Assembly: GCF_003991155.1 (NCBI RefSeq)
Contig: NZ_CP031293.1
DNA: 64,000 bases
Strand: one strand, 5' to 3'
Source: Escherichia coli
GTDB taxonomy: Bacteria; Pseudomonadota; Gammaproteobacteria; Enterobacterales; Enterobacteriaceae
The notes under the pieces are model-generated. The model did no database searches, had not been told where the DNA came from, and worked only from the letters and a program-made list of their open reading frames with translations. This document shows positions 21,309-32,720 of this stretch, one piece after another; positions within the stretch are counted from its first letter, which is position 1; every line of letters starts with the position of its first letter. The position numbers and the translations under genes were made by a program.

Positions 21309-22052
21309 TTATAGCAGTGCCAGCAGGAAGACCAGTTCACCAAGCTCTATGGCTGCTCCCAGCGTATCGCCGGTTTGCCCGCCCAGCGTACGTTTGAGAA
21401 GCTGACCGAGGATGAAAATCGCCACCATCGTCACCACCATAGCAGCCACACCATGCATACCCGGCAATAATACGGCAGCAAAAATAGCGGCTAAGCCGAG
21501 TGTGACGCAGGTTTGTCGCCCATCAATTTTGCCAATGAACACATTGCCAAGCCCTTCTTCCCGCGCATAACGATGACGATACATCAATAATGCGGCAGTC
21601 CCGCGGCTGACCGCACATGCTGCCGCCAGCGATGCAAGGATCGGTTCGCCACGCAGAGCCAACTCGCTTAACACCAGAATCTTTGCCAGTACCACAAAAA
21701 TCAATGCCAGACCGCCGTGGGTGCCTAAACGGCTATCACGCATGATTTCCAACATGCGATCGCGGCTACGTGCAGAAAATACGCCATCACAGGTATCAGC
21801 GAGGCCGTCCAGGTGGAATCCCCCGGTCATCAGCGCCAGCATAAGTACGCTAAACAGTGCCGCCAGTGGTACGTCACACCATGCCTGCAGCACCATGAAG
21901 ACCAGCCCGCTAATCGCGCCAAGCAATAATCCAATCAAAGGAAAAGTAATAATACCGCGAGAATAATGCTCGAAATCCAGTCCCTGGGACCAGCGACGCG
22001 GTACAGGCAGACGCGTAATAAATGAGAGCATCGCCCAAAATAATTTACTCAT
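21309..22052 (-). CDS. cobS: adenosylcobinamide-GDP ribazoletransferase (cobalamin synthase) CobS
   Basis: Polytopic membrane protein; likely start [18 protein letters not shown]; between cobU and cobT. Confidence 0.85.
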   Translation of the reverse strand: MSKLFWAMLSFITRLPVPRRWSQGLDFEHYSRGIITFPLIGLLLGAISGLVFMVLQAWCDVPLAALFSVLMLALMTGGFHLDGLADTCDGVFSARSRDRMLEIMRDSRLGTHGGLALIFVVLAKILVLSELALRGEPILASLAAACAVSRGTAALLMYRHRYAREEGLGNVFIGKIDGRQTCVTLGLAAIFAAVLLPGMHGVAAMVVTMVAIFILGQLLKRTLGGQTGDTLGAAIELGELVFLLALL

Positions 22053-22594
22053 TTGATTTTTACTCCAATACACGAAACCACCAGCCATACTTCATTTGCC
22101 GCAGCGGCCAACTGCTGGTTTACCCGCCCGGCAATATCACGAAAATGTCGTGCCAGACGACTCTCCGGCACAATCCCCATTCCCACTTCGTTAGTCACTA
22201 ATACAACCTTTGCGGGGCAACGTTGGCAGGCAGCAATCAACGACTGAATCTCAGCATTAATCGCCTGTTCCATCGCCTGATAATCCCATTCATCAGGGTC
22301 TTTATCGCCGCCATAATCAAACAACAGATTAGTCACCATTGTGGTAACGCATTCCAGCAACACAGCCTCATTCGGGTTAATGTCTGCATGAATTAATTCA
22401 TCAAGATGTTGCCAGCGCTCCACTGTGCGCCAGTGCGCCGGGCGGCCTTTCCGATGATGTTCTATCCGTGCAGCCATCTCATCATCAAGGATTTGCGAGG
22501 TGGCGATATACAGAACCTGTGAAGAGTCCCCAATAAGCGCTTCTGCGTGGCGACTCTTCCCGCTCCGTGCTCCACCTGTCACCAAAATCATCAT
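22049..22594 (-). CDS. cobU: adenosylcobinamide kinase / adenosylcobinamide-phosphate guanylyltransferase CobU
   Basis: 181 aa; P-loop [18 protein letters not shown]. Confidence 0.85.
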   Translation of the reverse strand: MMILVTGGARSGKSRHAEALIGDSSQVLYIATSQILDDEMAARIEHHRKGRPAHWRTVERWQHLDELIHADINPNEAVLLECVTTMVTNLLFDYGGDKDPDEWDYQAMEQAINAEIQSLIAACQRCPAKVVLVTNEVGMGIVPESRLARHFRDIAGRVNQQLAAAANEVWLVVSCIGVKIK

Positions 22595-22727
22595 ACCGAC
22601 TCCTGATTCAATTGTATGATGGTATTCATTGAACAGAACAATGGATCCCCCACCGTTGCTGACCGCAAAACATTTACGCGATTAATACTGCGCGTAATAT
22701 AATTAAAAATCCAGCATTCTCAATCCA

Positions 22728-23234
22728 TTACGAAAGAAGATGGCATTGCGGAATAGCCAGACTTCCTCGTGTTAACGTCCGACAAAATGCGTCATTGACA
22801 GCGGTTTCTCTGGCATGACAGATTTCATTCAGATAATGGATTAATGCTACAGCCCCACCAGCCGGACCAGTCAGCAAACGGGCATTGTGTTCTGTAATCA
22901 AAATTACCGTCGTTCCCTCAGAATGAGCGAGCCATTCTGGTACGGATATCTCGCTTTCAGCTGCTATCAATAGCAGCACTGAATAATCGCTATACGCATC
23001 TGATAACGATTGCACAGGCCCACCGTCAAAAGGCTGGAAATCTTGCTGCCAGTCCTCACCAACCAAACAGGTTATTGGCAATATTTCCGCCAGATGTTTC
23101 GCCAGATCCACATCTCCAGATAAGAGGCAAAAAAGAGCTATCGATTCGGGTTTTATCGTTTTCATGCCCCTCGCCCTCCACTTAATTTCCTGTAATGGCG
23201 GTCTGGTTGATAAGCCATGAAACAAGATTGCCAC
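22728..23234 (-). CDS. hypothetical protein upstream of cobU (possible cbi-region remnant)
   Basis: 168-aa ORF between pocR and cobU, where Salmonella carries the cbi operon; no motif recognised. Confidence 0.3.
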   Translation of the reverse strand: MAILFHGLSTRPPLQEIKWRARGMKTIKPESIALFCLLSGDVDLAKHLAEILPITCLVGEDWQQDFQPFDGGPVQSLSDAYSDYSVLLLIAAESEISVPEWLAHSEGTTVILITEHNARLLTGPAGGAVALIHYLNEICHARETAVNDAFCRTLTRGSLAIPQCHLLS

Positions 23235-23649
23235 ACCTTAAGTGCAGCCCTGGTGCCTGTCGGCACTGCGATGAAAGAACTAAATGATGCCGCCATACCC
23301 TGATCCTTTCAGGGTGGTAGGGGTATAAAGACGCGCCTGTACTCTACCGGACGCTTCCGGGCAACCCACTTCCCACCGAAGTTGTTGGTATTGACTGACT
23401 GGCTGGTCTTCTGGCTTAGCGTCATCCTCTCCCGACCTTCCCAATCTCGCGATCAGTGGCATTTTCGGGTTTGTCAGCATTACAGCAGCGGGGGCTGCGA
23501 GGGATTTTCACCCTCTTCCCAGGCACAAATGTGCCACACCTGTCAGCGTATGTTATGAGCTGATTTCACTTTTCCCATAACAGGGAAATAACGTTAATTA
23601 TTCATTCCAGAGTTTATTTAAACCGTCCTCTTTTTTTGGGGCATTTACT

Positions 23650-24564
23650 CTATACCGTTTCCATCGCCGCATTATCACTCACTTGCTGTCGATACACCTG
23701 CGGCGTAACCTGATAAGTCTGACGGAAAACTTTGCAAAAATAACTTGTTTGCGAAAAACCTAAATTACGCGCAATGCTGGCGATGCTCCAGTCACTATGG
23801 CACAGTAACTCACGAGCGCTGGCCATCCGTTGTTGGTTTACCCACGCATTAAACCCGATTCCATGGTATTTCTTAAATAACTTACTGAAATAATAAGGGC
23901 TTAGATAAACGTGCGAGGCGACATCTTCCAGACGCAAATCGTCTGATAAATGCGCATCAATATAACGTAAAGCTTTTTTCATTTTATTGTCGTGGGGACC
24001 AGGCGCACGAGTCTGGCGCAACGAATCTGACTGAGATTTGTTCTCTTTAATAACCACAAAATTGAGTTGTTTTTTTAGGCAATTTTCTACAATCAACTTC
24101 AACAAATCCGCAGAGGCCATAACTCTTGAGTAATCCATCTCAGGGACTTTGCGAAATTCATTAAGTAATTCGGGATCTGCCTGCCAGCAATCATCGACAT
24201 TCAGAATATCGACCAAATCGACATCATCATTACGCAGACGAACTTGCCCGCACAATACAAAACCAACTAAATGTCCGGCGATTACCAGTGGAATAGAGAA
24301 ATCGGTTAATCCGGCATGACAGCGATAAATACAAGGCTGATCGGATTTAGAGGCTTCCAGCCCCCCACAACGATCGCTCATGCGACATCGAGTGCTCATC
24401 TGAGGGTGTTGCCGCATCATCTGACAAAATGGAGTGAAGTTAAACAGCTCGGAAATTTCATCGCCGTGAATATTGACCACGACAACCGCAAGGCTGGTCG
24501 CCTGCGCAAAATCCTGCGCGATTTTATTAATGAGTTCTGAATTAAGTGTCGCCGCAGAAATCAT
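23650..24564 (-). CDS. pocR: AraC-family regulator PocR (propanediol / cobalamin regulon activator)
   Basis: N-terminal sensory region plus C-terminal AraC HTH (YFSKLFKK...SIASIARNLGFSQTSYFCKVFRQ); divergent from the pdu operon, adjacent to pduF. Confidence 0.85.
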   Translation of the reverse strand: MISAATLNSELINKIAQDFAQATSLAVVVVNIHGDEISELFNFTPFCQMMRQHPQMSTRCRMSDRCGGLEASKSDQPCIYRCHAGLTDFSIPLVIAGHLVGFVLCGQVRLRNDDVDLVDILNVDDCWQADPELLNEFRKVPEMDYSRVMASADLLKLIVENCLKKQLNFVVIKENKSQSDSLRQTRAPGPHDNKMKKALRYIDAHLSDDLRLEDVASHVYLSPYYFSKLFKKYHGIGFNAWVNQQRMASARELLCHSDWSIASIARNLGFSQTSYFCKVFRQTYQVTPQVYRQQVSDNAAMETV

Positions 24565-24766
24565 GATAAAACCTCCCAGTTAATTTATTGTTATAGCAAA
24601 ACAATTGTTTTACATTTAATCTTCACATCATCCTTGATGATTTACTGACGAGAAGCACAAAGGACAATAACAAAAGCCTCCGTGAAGCGGGAGACTTTTT
24701 AATAAGTTCGGAAAGCAGATCACAAACAGTAAAAAAATAAACGTTTATAACTGCCAGATTATTTCA

Positions 24767-25576
24767 TTATTCGCTGATTTCTTTAGGCGTTACACTATTG
24801 ACAGGTAAATTCTTTGCAATGAGATAGCGATAAATCGCCGCACCAACACATGCCCCAATGATCGGTGCAATAATGGGTACAATGAAATAAGGAATATTGC
24901 GTCCACCAGTCATCGCAATTTCCCCCCAACCCGCAAACCAGGTGAAAATTTTAGGTCCAAAATCACGCGCTGGATTCATGGCAAAACCGGTTAATGGTCC
25001 GGTAGAAGCACCAATAACAGCAACCAGAATACCAATAAGTAAAGGCGCAAGCGGTCCTTTGGGTACGCCATTACCGTCATCGGTCAACGCCATAATCAAC
25101 CCCATTAACATGGACGTTATGACCACTTCGACCAACGCAGCTTGCCATACATTAATCGCCGCTGCTGGATAAGTACTGAAGATACTGGCGAGTTGTAAAC
25201 TTTCTGCGCTACCACGCACTATATTGTGAGCAGATTCAAAATCGATAAACAAACTGCTGTAGAGAGAATATGCCAGAACCGCACCACCAAAGGCACCCGC
25301 TAATTGCGCCACACAAAATGGCAGCACTTTACGGGCTGGGAAAGAGGCAAACAGCCACAGAGCAATGGTAACTGCCGGGTTGAGATGAGCGCCGGAAATA
25401 CCTGCCGTAAGGTAAACAGCAAGCGAAATCCCTAACCCCCATATGATACAAATTTCCCACAGTCCCAGACTTGCCCCGGCAACTTTCAGGGCGCACAAAC
25501 AACCAATGCCAAAAAAGAGGAACAGTCCGGTGCCCAAAAACTCGGCAACGCATTGCGCCTTGAGTGAATCATTCAT
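24767..25576 (-). CDS. pduF: propanediol diffusion facilitator PduF (MIP/aquaporin family)
   Basis: NPA motif (HLNPAVT), multi-pass membrane; likely start MNDSLKAQC... at 25576. Confidence 0.85.
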   Translation of the reverse strand: MNDSLKAQCVAEFLGTGLFLFFGIGCLCALKVAGASLGLWEICIIWGLGISLAVYLTAGISGAHLNPAVTIALWLFASFPARKVLPFCVAQLAGAFGGAVLAYSLYSSLFIDFESAHNIVRGSAESLQLASIFSTYPAAAINVWQAALVEVVITSMLMGLIMALTDDGNGVPKGPLAPLLIGILVAVIGASTGPLTGFAMNPARDFGPKIFTWFAGWGEIAMTGGRNIPYFIVPIIAPIIGACVGAAIYRYLIAKNLPVNSVTPKEISE

Positions 25577-26009
25577 AGTGACACCTTCTTTACGGAGTTT
25601 TTCTTTATCAGCCAACTATGCGCTGATTGTTGTGTATACCGAGCGCAACTATAAAAAATTGCTCTGCAGAAAATATTGCCAACATGCATGACAGACTCGT
25701 GTAAAAATCGTGCTAACATAACAAATTATTGTCATTGCCGAATCATGCAACACAGCTTTAATCAGTGTTGAAGTAATAATTTCCACCAAACTTTTACAAT
25801 AAAAAATTGCCATCATGACATAATAAAATTGAAACAAATATCACAGTTCCTTCCTCGAACCAAACTCAACGAAATATTATTCGCGATTAAACTCACTAGC
25901 CAACGCAATTAATTCACATTGAAACATCCACAAAACAACCAATAAATTAACAACATATAGTTCATAAAAGCAATTTTATTATATTTGTTCTCTAGGTAAT
26001 GACTCCAAC

Positions 26010-26513
26010 TTATTGATAGTGTTTTATGTTCAGATAATGCCCGATGACTTTGTCATGCAGCTCCACCGATTTTGAAAACGACAGCGACTTCCGTCCCAGC
26101 CGTGCCAGGTGCTGCCTCAGATTCAGGTTATGCCGCTCAATTCGCTGCGTATATCGCTTGCTGATTACGTGCAGCTTTCCCTTCAGGCGGGATTCATACA
26201 GCGGCCAGCCATCCGTCATCCATATCACCACGTCAAAGGGTGACAGCAGGCTCATAAGACGCCCCAGCGTCGCCATAGTGCGTTCACCGAATACGTGCGC
26301 AACAACCGTCTTCCGGAGCCTGTCATACGCGTAAAACAGCCAGCGCTGGCGCGATTTAGCCCCGACGTATCCCCACTGTTCGTCCATTTCCGCGCAGACG
26401 ATGACGTCACTGCCCGGCTGTATGCGCGAGGTTACCGACTGCGGCCTGAGTTTTTTAAATGGCGGAAAATCGTGTTGAGGCCAACGCCCATAATGCGGGC
26501 GGTTGCCCGGCAT
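26010..26513 (-). CDS. insB: IS1 InsB (transposase catalytic part; InsAB' by -1 frameshift at the A6C motif)
   Basis: 167 aa InsB sequence; TTTAAAAAAC motif present on the coding strand. Confidence 0.9.
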   Translation of the reverse strand: MPGNRPHYGRWPQHDFPPFKKLRPQSVTSRIQPGSDVIVCAEMDEQWGYVGAKSRQRWLFYAYDRLRKTVVAHVFGERTMATLGRLMSLLSPFDVVIWMTDGWPLYESRLKGKLHVISKRYTQRIERHNLNLRQHLARLGRKSLSFSKSVELHDKVIGHYLNIKHYQ

Positions 26514-26707
26514 CCAACGCCATTCATGGCCATATCAATGATTTTCTGGTGCGTACCGGGTTGAGAAGCGGTGTAAGTGAACTGCAGTTGCCATGTTTTA
26601 CGGCAATGAGAGCAGAGATAGCGCTGATGTCCGGCGGTGCTTTTGCCGTTACGCACCACTCCGTCAGTAGCTGAACAGGAGGGACAGCTGATAGAAACAG
26701 AAGCCAC
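26432..26707 (-). CDS. insA: IS1 InsA
   Basis: [43 protein letters not shown]...; 91 aa. Confidence 0.9.
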   Translation of the reverse strand: MASVSISCPSCSATDGVVRNGKSTAGHQRYLCSHCRKTWQLQFTYTASQPGTHQKIIDMAMNGVGCRATARIMGVGLNTIFRHLKNSGRSR

Positions 26708-26863
26708 TGGAGCACCTCAAAAACACCATCATACACTAAATCAGTAAGTTGGCAGCATCACCTGTTCTCTATTAATTTTTCTCATTAGCCGAGTAAGTCA
26801 GCCATTCTTTTTCCTCGCTTTTTTTTATAGTCATATCGTCAAAAAAATCCAGGCGAGGTCTTT

Positions 26864-27148
26864 ATGCAACAAGAAGCGTTAGGAATGGTAGAAACCAAAG
26901 GCTTAACTGCCGCCATAGAGGCCGCAGATGCCATGGTGAAGTCGGCAAATGTTTTGCTGGTCGGCTACGAAAAAATAGGTTCCGGGCTGGTGACCGTCAT
27001 CGTTCGTGGTGATGTCGGGGCGGTAAAAGCGGCAACAGACGCGGGTGCCGCAGCTGCGCGTAACGTCGGCGAAGTAAAAGCCGTACACGTTATTCCCCGC
27101 CCACATACCGATGTCGAAAAAATCTTACCAAAGGGAATTAACCCATGA
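26864..27148 (+). CDS. pduA: BMC shell protein PduA
   Basis: 94-aa BMC-domain protein ([24 protein letters not shown]), first gene of the operon. Confidence 0.9.
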   Translation: MQQEALGMVETKGLTAAIEAADAMVKSANVLLVGYEKIGSGLVTVIVRGDVGAVKAATDAGAAAARNVGEVKAVHVIPRPHTDVEKILPKGINP

Positions 27149-27957
27149 GCAGCAATGAACTGGTCGAACAGATCATGGCGCAGGTCATCGCTCGCGTAGC
27201 GACGCCAGAGCATGAGGTTCTCCCGAAAACCACTCATCAAATACGAGAGACGGCTATGGCAGAAAAAAGCTGCACGTTAACAGAATTTGTTGGCACCGCT
27301 ATTGGCGACACTGTAGGTCTGGTCATTGCGAACGTTGATAGCGCCCTGTTGGACGCGATGAAACTTGAAAAACGCTATCGTTCCATTGGCATTCTGGGGG
27401 CGCGTATTGGCGCAGGGCCACACATTATGGCCGCTGATGAAGCGGTAAAAGCCACCAACACTGAAGTTATTAGCATTGAACTTCCTCGCGATACTAAAGG
27501 CGGTGCCGGACACGGCTCATTGATCCTCTTAGGTGGCAACGATGTTTCCGACGTGAAACGCGGTATTGAAGTTGCCCTGAAAGAACTCGATCGGACCTTT
27601 GGTGATGTCTATGCCAACGAAGCCGGGCATCTTGAACTGCAATACACCGCCCGCGCCAGCTATGCACTGGAAAAAGCGTTTGGCGCTCCACTGGGACGGG
27701 CTTGCGGCGTTATTGTCGGCGCTCCGGCTGCGGTGGGTGTTCTGATGGCCGACACCGCGCTGAAGTCCGCCAATGTGGATGTCGTGGCATACAGCTCCCC
27801 CGCTCAAGGCACCAGCTACAGCAACGAAGTCATTCTGATTATCTCGGGTGACTCCGGCGCAGTCCGCCAGGCGGTCATCTCCGCACGCGCAATCGGTAAA
27901 ACCGTGCTTTCGACTCTCGGCGATACACCGAAAAACGATCGCCCTTCCTACATCTGA
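27145..27957 (+). CDS. pduB: BMC shell protein PduB (tandem BMC domain)
   Basis: 270 aa, position and length as PduB. Confidence 0.85.
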   Translation: MSSNELVEQIMAQVIARVATPEHEVLPKTTHQIRETAMAEKSCTLTEFVGTAIGDTVGLVIANVDSALLDAMKLEKRYRSIGILGARIGAGPHIMAADEAVKATNTEVISIELPRDTKGGAGHGSLILLGGNDVSDVKRGIEVALKELDRTFGDVYANEAGHLELQYTARASYALEKAFGAPLGRACGVIVGAPAAVGVLMADTALKSANVDVVAYSSPAQGTSYSNEVILIISGDSGAVRQAVISARAIGKTVLSTLGDTPKNDRPSYI

Positions 27958-27975
27958 ATTCTCTGAGGCAGATTT

Positions 27976-29640
27976 ATGAGATCGAAAAGATTTGAAGCAC
28001 TGGCAAAACGCCCGGTCAACCAGGACGGTTTCGTTAAAGAGTGGATTGAAGAAGGCTTCATTGCGATGGAAAGCCCGAACGATCCTAAACCGTCAATCAA
28101 AATTGTTAACGGCGTCGTTACCGAACTGGATGGAAAACCCGCCAGTCAGTTTGACCTGATCGACCACTTTATCGCCCGCTACGGCATCAATCTCGCGCGC
28201 GCAGAAGAAGTCATCGCGATGGATTCGGTAAAACTTGCCAATATGTTGTGCGATCCAAATGTCAAACGTAGCGATATCGTTCCCCTTACCACAGCAATGA
28301 CGCCTGCAAAAATCGTCGAAGTGGTTTCGCAGATGAACGTGGTAGAGATGATGATGGCGATGCAGAAAATGCGCGCCCGTCGAACACCATCACAACAGGC
28401 TCACGTCACCAACATCAAAGATAACCCGGTACAAATTGCCGCCGACGCAGCTGAAGGCGCATGGCGCGGGTTTGATGAACAGGAAACCACTGTTGCCGTT
28501 GCTCGCTATGCACCGTTCAACGCCATCGCCCTGCTGGTCGGCTCACAGGTGGGACGTCCGGGCGTCTTGACCCAGTGTTCACTGGAAGAAGCCACCGAAC
28601 TGAAACTCGGTATGTTAGGCCACACCTGTTACGCCGAAACAATTTCTGTCTATGGTACAGAACCTGTTTTCACCGATGGCGATGATACCCCGTGGTCAAA
28701 AGGATTTCTCGCGTCATCCTATGCTTCTCGCGGCTTAAAAATGCGCTTTACTTCCGGCTCCGGCTCTGAAGTACAGATGGGTTACGCGGAAGGCAAATCA
28801 ATGCTTTATCTCGAGGCTCGATGCATTTACATCACCAAAGCCGCAGGCGTTCAGGGTCTGCAGAATGGTTCGGTAAGCTGCATCGGTGTTCCATCAGCTG
28901 TGCCATCAGGCATCCGCGCAGTATTAGCGGAAAACTTAATTTGCTCATCGCTGGATCTGGAATGCGCCTCCAGTAATGACCAGACCTTTACCCACTCGGA
29001 TATGCGCCGTACCGCACGTTTCCTGATGCAATTTCTGCCGGGTACCGACTTTATCTCGTCCGGTTTTTCCGCTGTGCCGAACTACGACAACATGTTTGCT
29101 GGTTCAAACGAAGATGCTGAAGACTTCGATGATTACAACGTCATTCAGCGTGACCTGAAGGTTGATGGCGGGCTGCGACCAGTACGCGAAGAAGATGTTA
29201 TCGCAATCCGCAATAAAGCCGCTCGCGCTTTACAGGCTGTCTTTGCCGGTATGGGACTACCGCCAATTACCGATGAAGAAGTCGAAGCGGCAACCTATGC
29301 CCACGGTTCGAAAGATATGCCTGAGCGCAATATTGTGGAAGACATCAAGTTCGCCCAGGAGATTATCAATAAAAACCGTAACAGCCTGGAAGTGGTGAAA
29401 GCCCTGGCGCAAGGCGGTTTTACCGATGTCGCCCAGGACATGCTCAACATGCAAAAAGCAAAACTGACCGGCGATTATCTCCATACCTCAGCCATCATCG
29501 TCGATGACGGACAAGTGCTCTCAGCGGTCAATGACATCAATGATTACGCCGGACCAGCTACAGGTTACCGCCTGCAAGGGGAACGCTGGGAAGAGATCAA
29601 AAATATTCCCGGTGCACTTGATCCCAACGAAATTGACTAA
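27976..29640 (+). CDS. pduC: B12-dependent diol dehydratase large subunit PduC
   Basis: 554 aa; start MRSKRFEALAKRPVNQDGFVKEWIEEG. Confidence 0.9.
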   Translation: MRSKRFEALAKRPVNQDGFVKEWIEEGFIAMESPNDPKPSIKIVNGVVTELDGKPASQFDLIDHFIARYGINLARAEEVIAMDSVKLANMLCDPNVKRSDIVPLTTAMTPAKIVEVVSQMNVVEMMMAMQKMRARRTPSQQAHVTNIKDNPVQIAADAAEGAWRGFDEQETTVAVARYAPFNAIALLVGSQVGRPGVLTQCSLEEATELKLGMLGHTCYAETISVYGTEPVFTDGDDTPWSKGFLASSYASRGLKMRFTSGSGSEVQMGYAEGKSMLYLEARCIYITKAAGVQGLQNGSVSCIGVPSAVPSGIRAVLAENLICSSLDLECASSNDQTFTHSDMRRTARFLMQFLPGTDFISSGFSAVPNYDNMFAGSNEDAEDFDDYNVIQRDLKVDGGLRPVREEDVIAIRNKAARALQAVFAGMGLPPITDEEVEAATYAHGSKDMPERNIVEDIKFAQEIINKNRNSLEVVKALAQGGFTDVAQDMLNMQKAKLTGDYLHTSAIIVDDGQVLSAVNDINDYAGPATGYRLQGERWEEIKNIPGALDPNEID

Positions 29641-29649
29641 GGGTGAGAA

Positions 29650-30318
29650 ATGGAAATTAACGAAAAATTACTGCGTCAGATTATCGAAGGCGTGCTGGCA
29701 GAAATGCAAACCAGCGACAAGTCCGTTTCATTTCGTGCACCTGTCTCTGCAACTGTCTCTTCAGTGCCAGATACCGGAAATTTTCTGACCGAAATTGGCG
29801 AAGCCCAACAAGGCACTCAGCAAGATGAAGTCATTATTGCTGTAGGCCCGGCGTTCGGCCTGGCGCAAACCGTCAATATCATCGGTATTCCGCATAAAAA
29901 CATTTTGCGCGAAGTGATTGCCGGTATCGAAGAAGAAGGCATTAAAGCCCGTGTGATTCGCTGCTTTAAATCGTCCGATGTCGCATTCGTAGCAGTCGAA
30001 GGCGATCGTCTTAGTGGTTCAGGTATTGCTATCGGTATTCAGTCGAAAGGCACAACGGTTATCCACCAGCAGGGACTTCCCCCCTTGTCTAACCTGGAAC
30101 TTTTCCCACAAGCGCCTTTGTTGACGCTGGATACTTATCGTCAGATTGGCAAAAACGCCGCGCGTTATGCGAAGCGCGAGTCTCCACAACCGGTGCCGAC
30201 CCTCAACGATCAAATGGCGCGACCGAAATACCAGGCCAAATCTGCCATTTTGCATATTAAAGAGACGAAGTACGTGGTCACTGGCAAAAAACCGCAAGAA
30301 CTGCGCGTGACGTTTTAA
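29650..30318 (+). CDS. pduD: diol dehydratase medium subunit PduD
   Basis: 222 aa following pduC. Confidence 0.85.
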   Translation: MEINEKLLRQIIEGVLAEMQTSDKSVSFRAPVSATVSSVPDTGNFLTEIGEAQQGTQQDEVIIAVGPAFGLAQTVNIIGIPHKNILREVIAGIEEEGIKARVIRCFKSSDVAFVAVEGDRLSGSGIAIGIQSKGTTVIHQQGLPPLSNLELFPQAPLLTLDTYRQIGKNAARYAKRESPQPVPTLNDQMARPKYQAKSAILHIKETKYVVTGKKPQELRVTF

Positions 30319-30332
30319 CAAAGGAAACCTTC

Positions 30333-30851
30333 ATGAATACCGATGCAATTGAGTCGATGGTCAGGGACGTGTTGAACCGCATGAACAGTTTACAGGGTGC
30401 AGCTCCTGTTTCTGCGGTCCCCAGCGCGTCAATACAGAGCGCCAAAGTGACGGATTACCCGCTGGCAAATAAACATCCGGAATGGGTTAAAACAGCAACC
30501 AATAAAACGCTCGACGATTTCACTCTGGAAAATGTGCTCAGCGATAACGTCACCGCCCAGGATATGCGCATTACCCCTGAAACATTGCGTATTCAGGCCG
30601 CGATTGCCAGAGATGCTGGTCGCGATCGCCTGGCGATGAATTTCGAACGCGCCGCTGAGCTTACCTCAGTACCGGATGATCGCATCCTCGAAATCTACAA
30701 TGCGTTACGCCCTTATCGTTCGACTAAGCAAGAACTTATTGCCATTGCTGACGATCTTGAACGGCGTTATCAGGCCAAAATTTGTGCTGCATTTGTCCGT
30801 GAAGCTGCGGAACTTTATGTCGAGCGCAAAAAACTGAAAGGCGACGATTAA
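30333..30851 (+). CDS. pduE: diol dehydratase small subunit PduE
   Basis: 172 aa following pduD. Confidence 0.85.
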   Translation: MNTDAIESMVRDVLNRMNSLQGAAPVSAVPSASIQSAKVTDYPLANKHPEWVKTATNKTLDDFTLENVLSDNVTAQDMRITPETLRIQAAIARDAGRDRLAMNFERAAELTSVPDDRILEIYNALRPYRSTKQELIAIADDLERRYQAKICAAFVREAAELYVERKKLKGDD

Positions 30852-30887
30852 GGACGAACTATGCGATATGACGATTAAGGACGAACT

Positions 30888-32720
30888 ATGCGATATATAG
30901 CAGGCATTGATATCGGCAACTCATCAACAGAGGTTGCGCTGGCAACGCTCAGTGCAACTGGAGAGTTGTCGTTCGTGAGTAGCGCCCTGGCGGAAACCAC
31001 CGGAATTAAAGGTACGTTGCGTAACGTCCATGGTATTCAGGAGGCGCTCGCACAGGCAACGAAAAAAGTCGGCATCAATGTTAGCGATATTTCGCTTATT
31101 CGTATCAACGAAGCAACTCCGGTCATTGGTGATGTGGCGATGGAAACCATCACTGAAACTATCATCACCGAATCAACCATGATCGGTCACAACCCGAAAA
31201 CGCCGGGCGGAGTGGGGCTGGGCGTAGGGCTCACCATCACTCCGCAAGAGTTATTAACATGCCCGGCGGACACACCCTACATTCTGGTGGTGTCATCGGC
31301 ATTTGATTTTGCCGATATCGCAACAATGATAAACGCCTCCGTACGCGCCGGATATCAGCTGACTGGCGTTATTCTGCAACGCGACGATGGCGTACTGGTC
31401 AATAACCGCCTGGAAATTCCTCTCCCTATTGTTGATGAAGTCCTCTACATCGATCGTATTCCGCTCGGCATGCTGGCTGCGATTGAAGTTGCCGTTCCCG
31501 GGAAAGTTATCGAAACCCTGTCTAACCCGTATGGGATTGCCACCGTTTTCGCCCTCAATGCTGAAGAGACTAAAAATATTGTTCCTGTCGCGCGGGCGCT
31601 AATCGGCAACCGTTCAGCAGTGGTAGTGAAAACGCCTTCTGGCGACGTTAAAGCCCGTTCGATACCCGCCGGAAATATCGAACTGCTTTCTGCCGGGCGC
31701 ACAACGCGGGTTGATGTAGCTGCTGGTGCCGATGCCATTATGAAAGCGGTCGGTGAGTGCCCAAAACTGGAAAACGTGACGGGAGAACCTGGCTCCAACA
31801 TCGGCGGAATGCTGGAACATGTTCGCCAGACCATGGCTGAACTGACCAACAAACCCAGCCACGAAATTTTTATTCAGGATTTGCTGGCGATAGATACCTC
31901 TGTCCCCGTCAACGTAACCGGTGGTCTGGCAGGTGAATTTTCACTGGAACAGGCTGTGGGTATTGCCTCTATGGTGAAATCCGACCGTCTGCAAATGGCG
32001 ATGATCGCCAGTGAAATTAAGCAAAAACTGCATGTTGATGTTCAGGTCGGAGGCGCAGAAGCAGAAGCCGCCATTCAAGGGGCCTTGACTACCCCTGGAA
32101 CCACACGTCCACTGGCAATTCTGGACTTAGGTGCAGGCTCTACCGATGCCTCCATCATCAATCAGAAAGGGGAAATTGTTGCCACTCACCTTGCGGGTGC
32201 GGGCGACATGGTAACGATGATTATCGTTCGTGAGCTGGGCTTAAATGATCGTTATCTGGCAGAAGAAATCAAAAAGTACCCGTTGGCAAAAGTAGAAAGC
32301 CTGTTCCACTTACGCCATGAAGATGGCAGCGTTCAGTTCTTCCCTACTCCCCTATCCCCCTATGTATTTGCCCGCGTCTGTGTAGTGAAACCCGACGAAC
32401 TGGTGCCTATTCCCGGTGATTTGACGCTGGAAAAAGTACGCGCTGTTCGTCGCAGTGCGAAAGAGCGTGTCTTCGTAACCAATGCCCTGCGCGCGCTACG
32501 TCAGGTAAGCCCTGCCGGAAATATTCGCGACATTCCGTTCGTCGTTCTGGTGGGCGGTTCTTCGCTGGATTTCGAAGTACCACAGTTAGTCACCGATGCA
32601 TTGGCGCATTATCGACTGGTCGCCGGACGGGGGAATATCCGTGGTAGCGAAGGTCCGCGCAACGCGGTAGCTACTGGGCTACTCATCGCCTGGCACAAGG
32701 AGTCGATTCATGGAAAGTAA
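30888..32720 (+). CDS. pduG: diol dehydratase reactivase large subunit PduG
   Basis: 610 aa, MRYIAGIDIGNSSTEVALA (ASKHA-like N-terminus); preceded by a 27-bp tandem duplication of its ribosome-binding site and start. Confidence 0.85.
   Translation: MRYIAGIDIGNSSTEVALATLSATGELSFVSSALAETTGIKGTLRNVHGIQEALAQATKKVGINVSDISLIRINEATPVIGDVAMETITETIITESTMIGHNPKTPGGVGLGVGLTITPQELLTCPADTPYILVVSSAFDFADIATMINASVRAGYQLTGVILQRDDGVLVNNRLEIPLPIVDEVLYIDRIPLGMLAAIEVAVPGKVIETLSNPYGIATVFALNAEETKNIVPVARALIGNRSAVVVKTPSGDVKARSIPAGNIELLSAGRTTRVDVAAGADAIMKAVGECPKLENVTGEPGSNIGGMLEHVRQTMAELTNKPSHEIFIQDLLAIDTSVPVNVTGGLAGEFSLEQAVGIASMVKSDRLQMAMIASEIKQKLHVDVQVGGAEAEAAIQGALTTPGTTRPLAILDLGAGSTDASIINQKGEIVATHLAGAGDMVTMIIVRELGLNDRYLAEEIKKYPLAKVESLFHLRHEDGSVQFFPTPLSPYVFARVCVVKPDELVPIPGDLTLEKVRAVRRSAKERVFVTNALRALRQVSPAGNIRDIPFVVLVGGSSLDFEVPQLVTDALAHYRLVAGRGNIRGSEGPRNAVATGLLIAWHKESIHGK

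Larger units (their letters stand above)
25995..26762 (-). mobile_element. IS1 insertion sequence (768 bp), iso-IS1 variant
   Basis: Terminal repeats GGTAATGACTCCAACTTATTGATAG... and ...CAGTAAGTTGGCAGCATCACC; insA and insB present; direct 9-bp target duplication TGTTCTCTA at 25986-25994 and 26763-26771. Confidence 0.9.
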
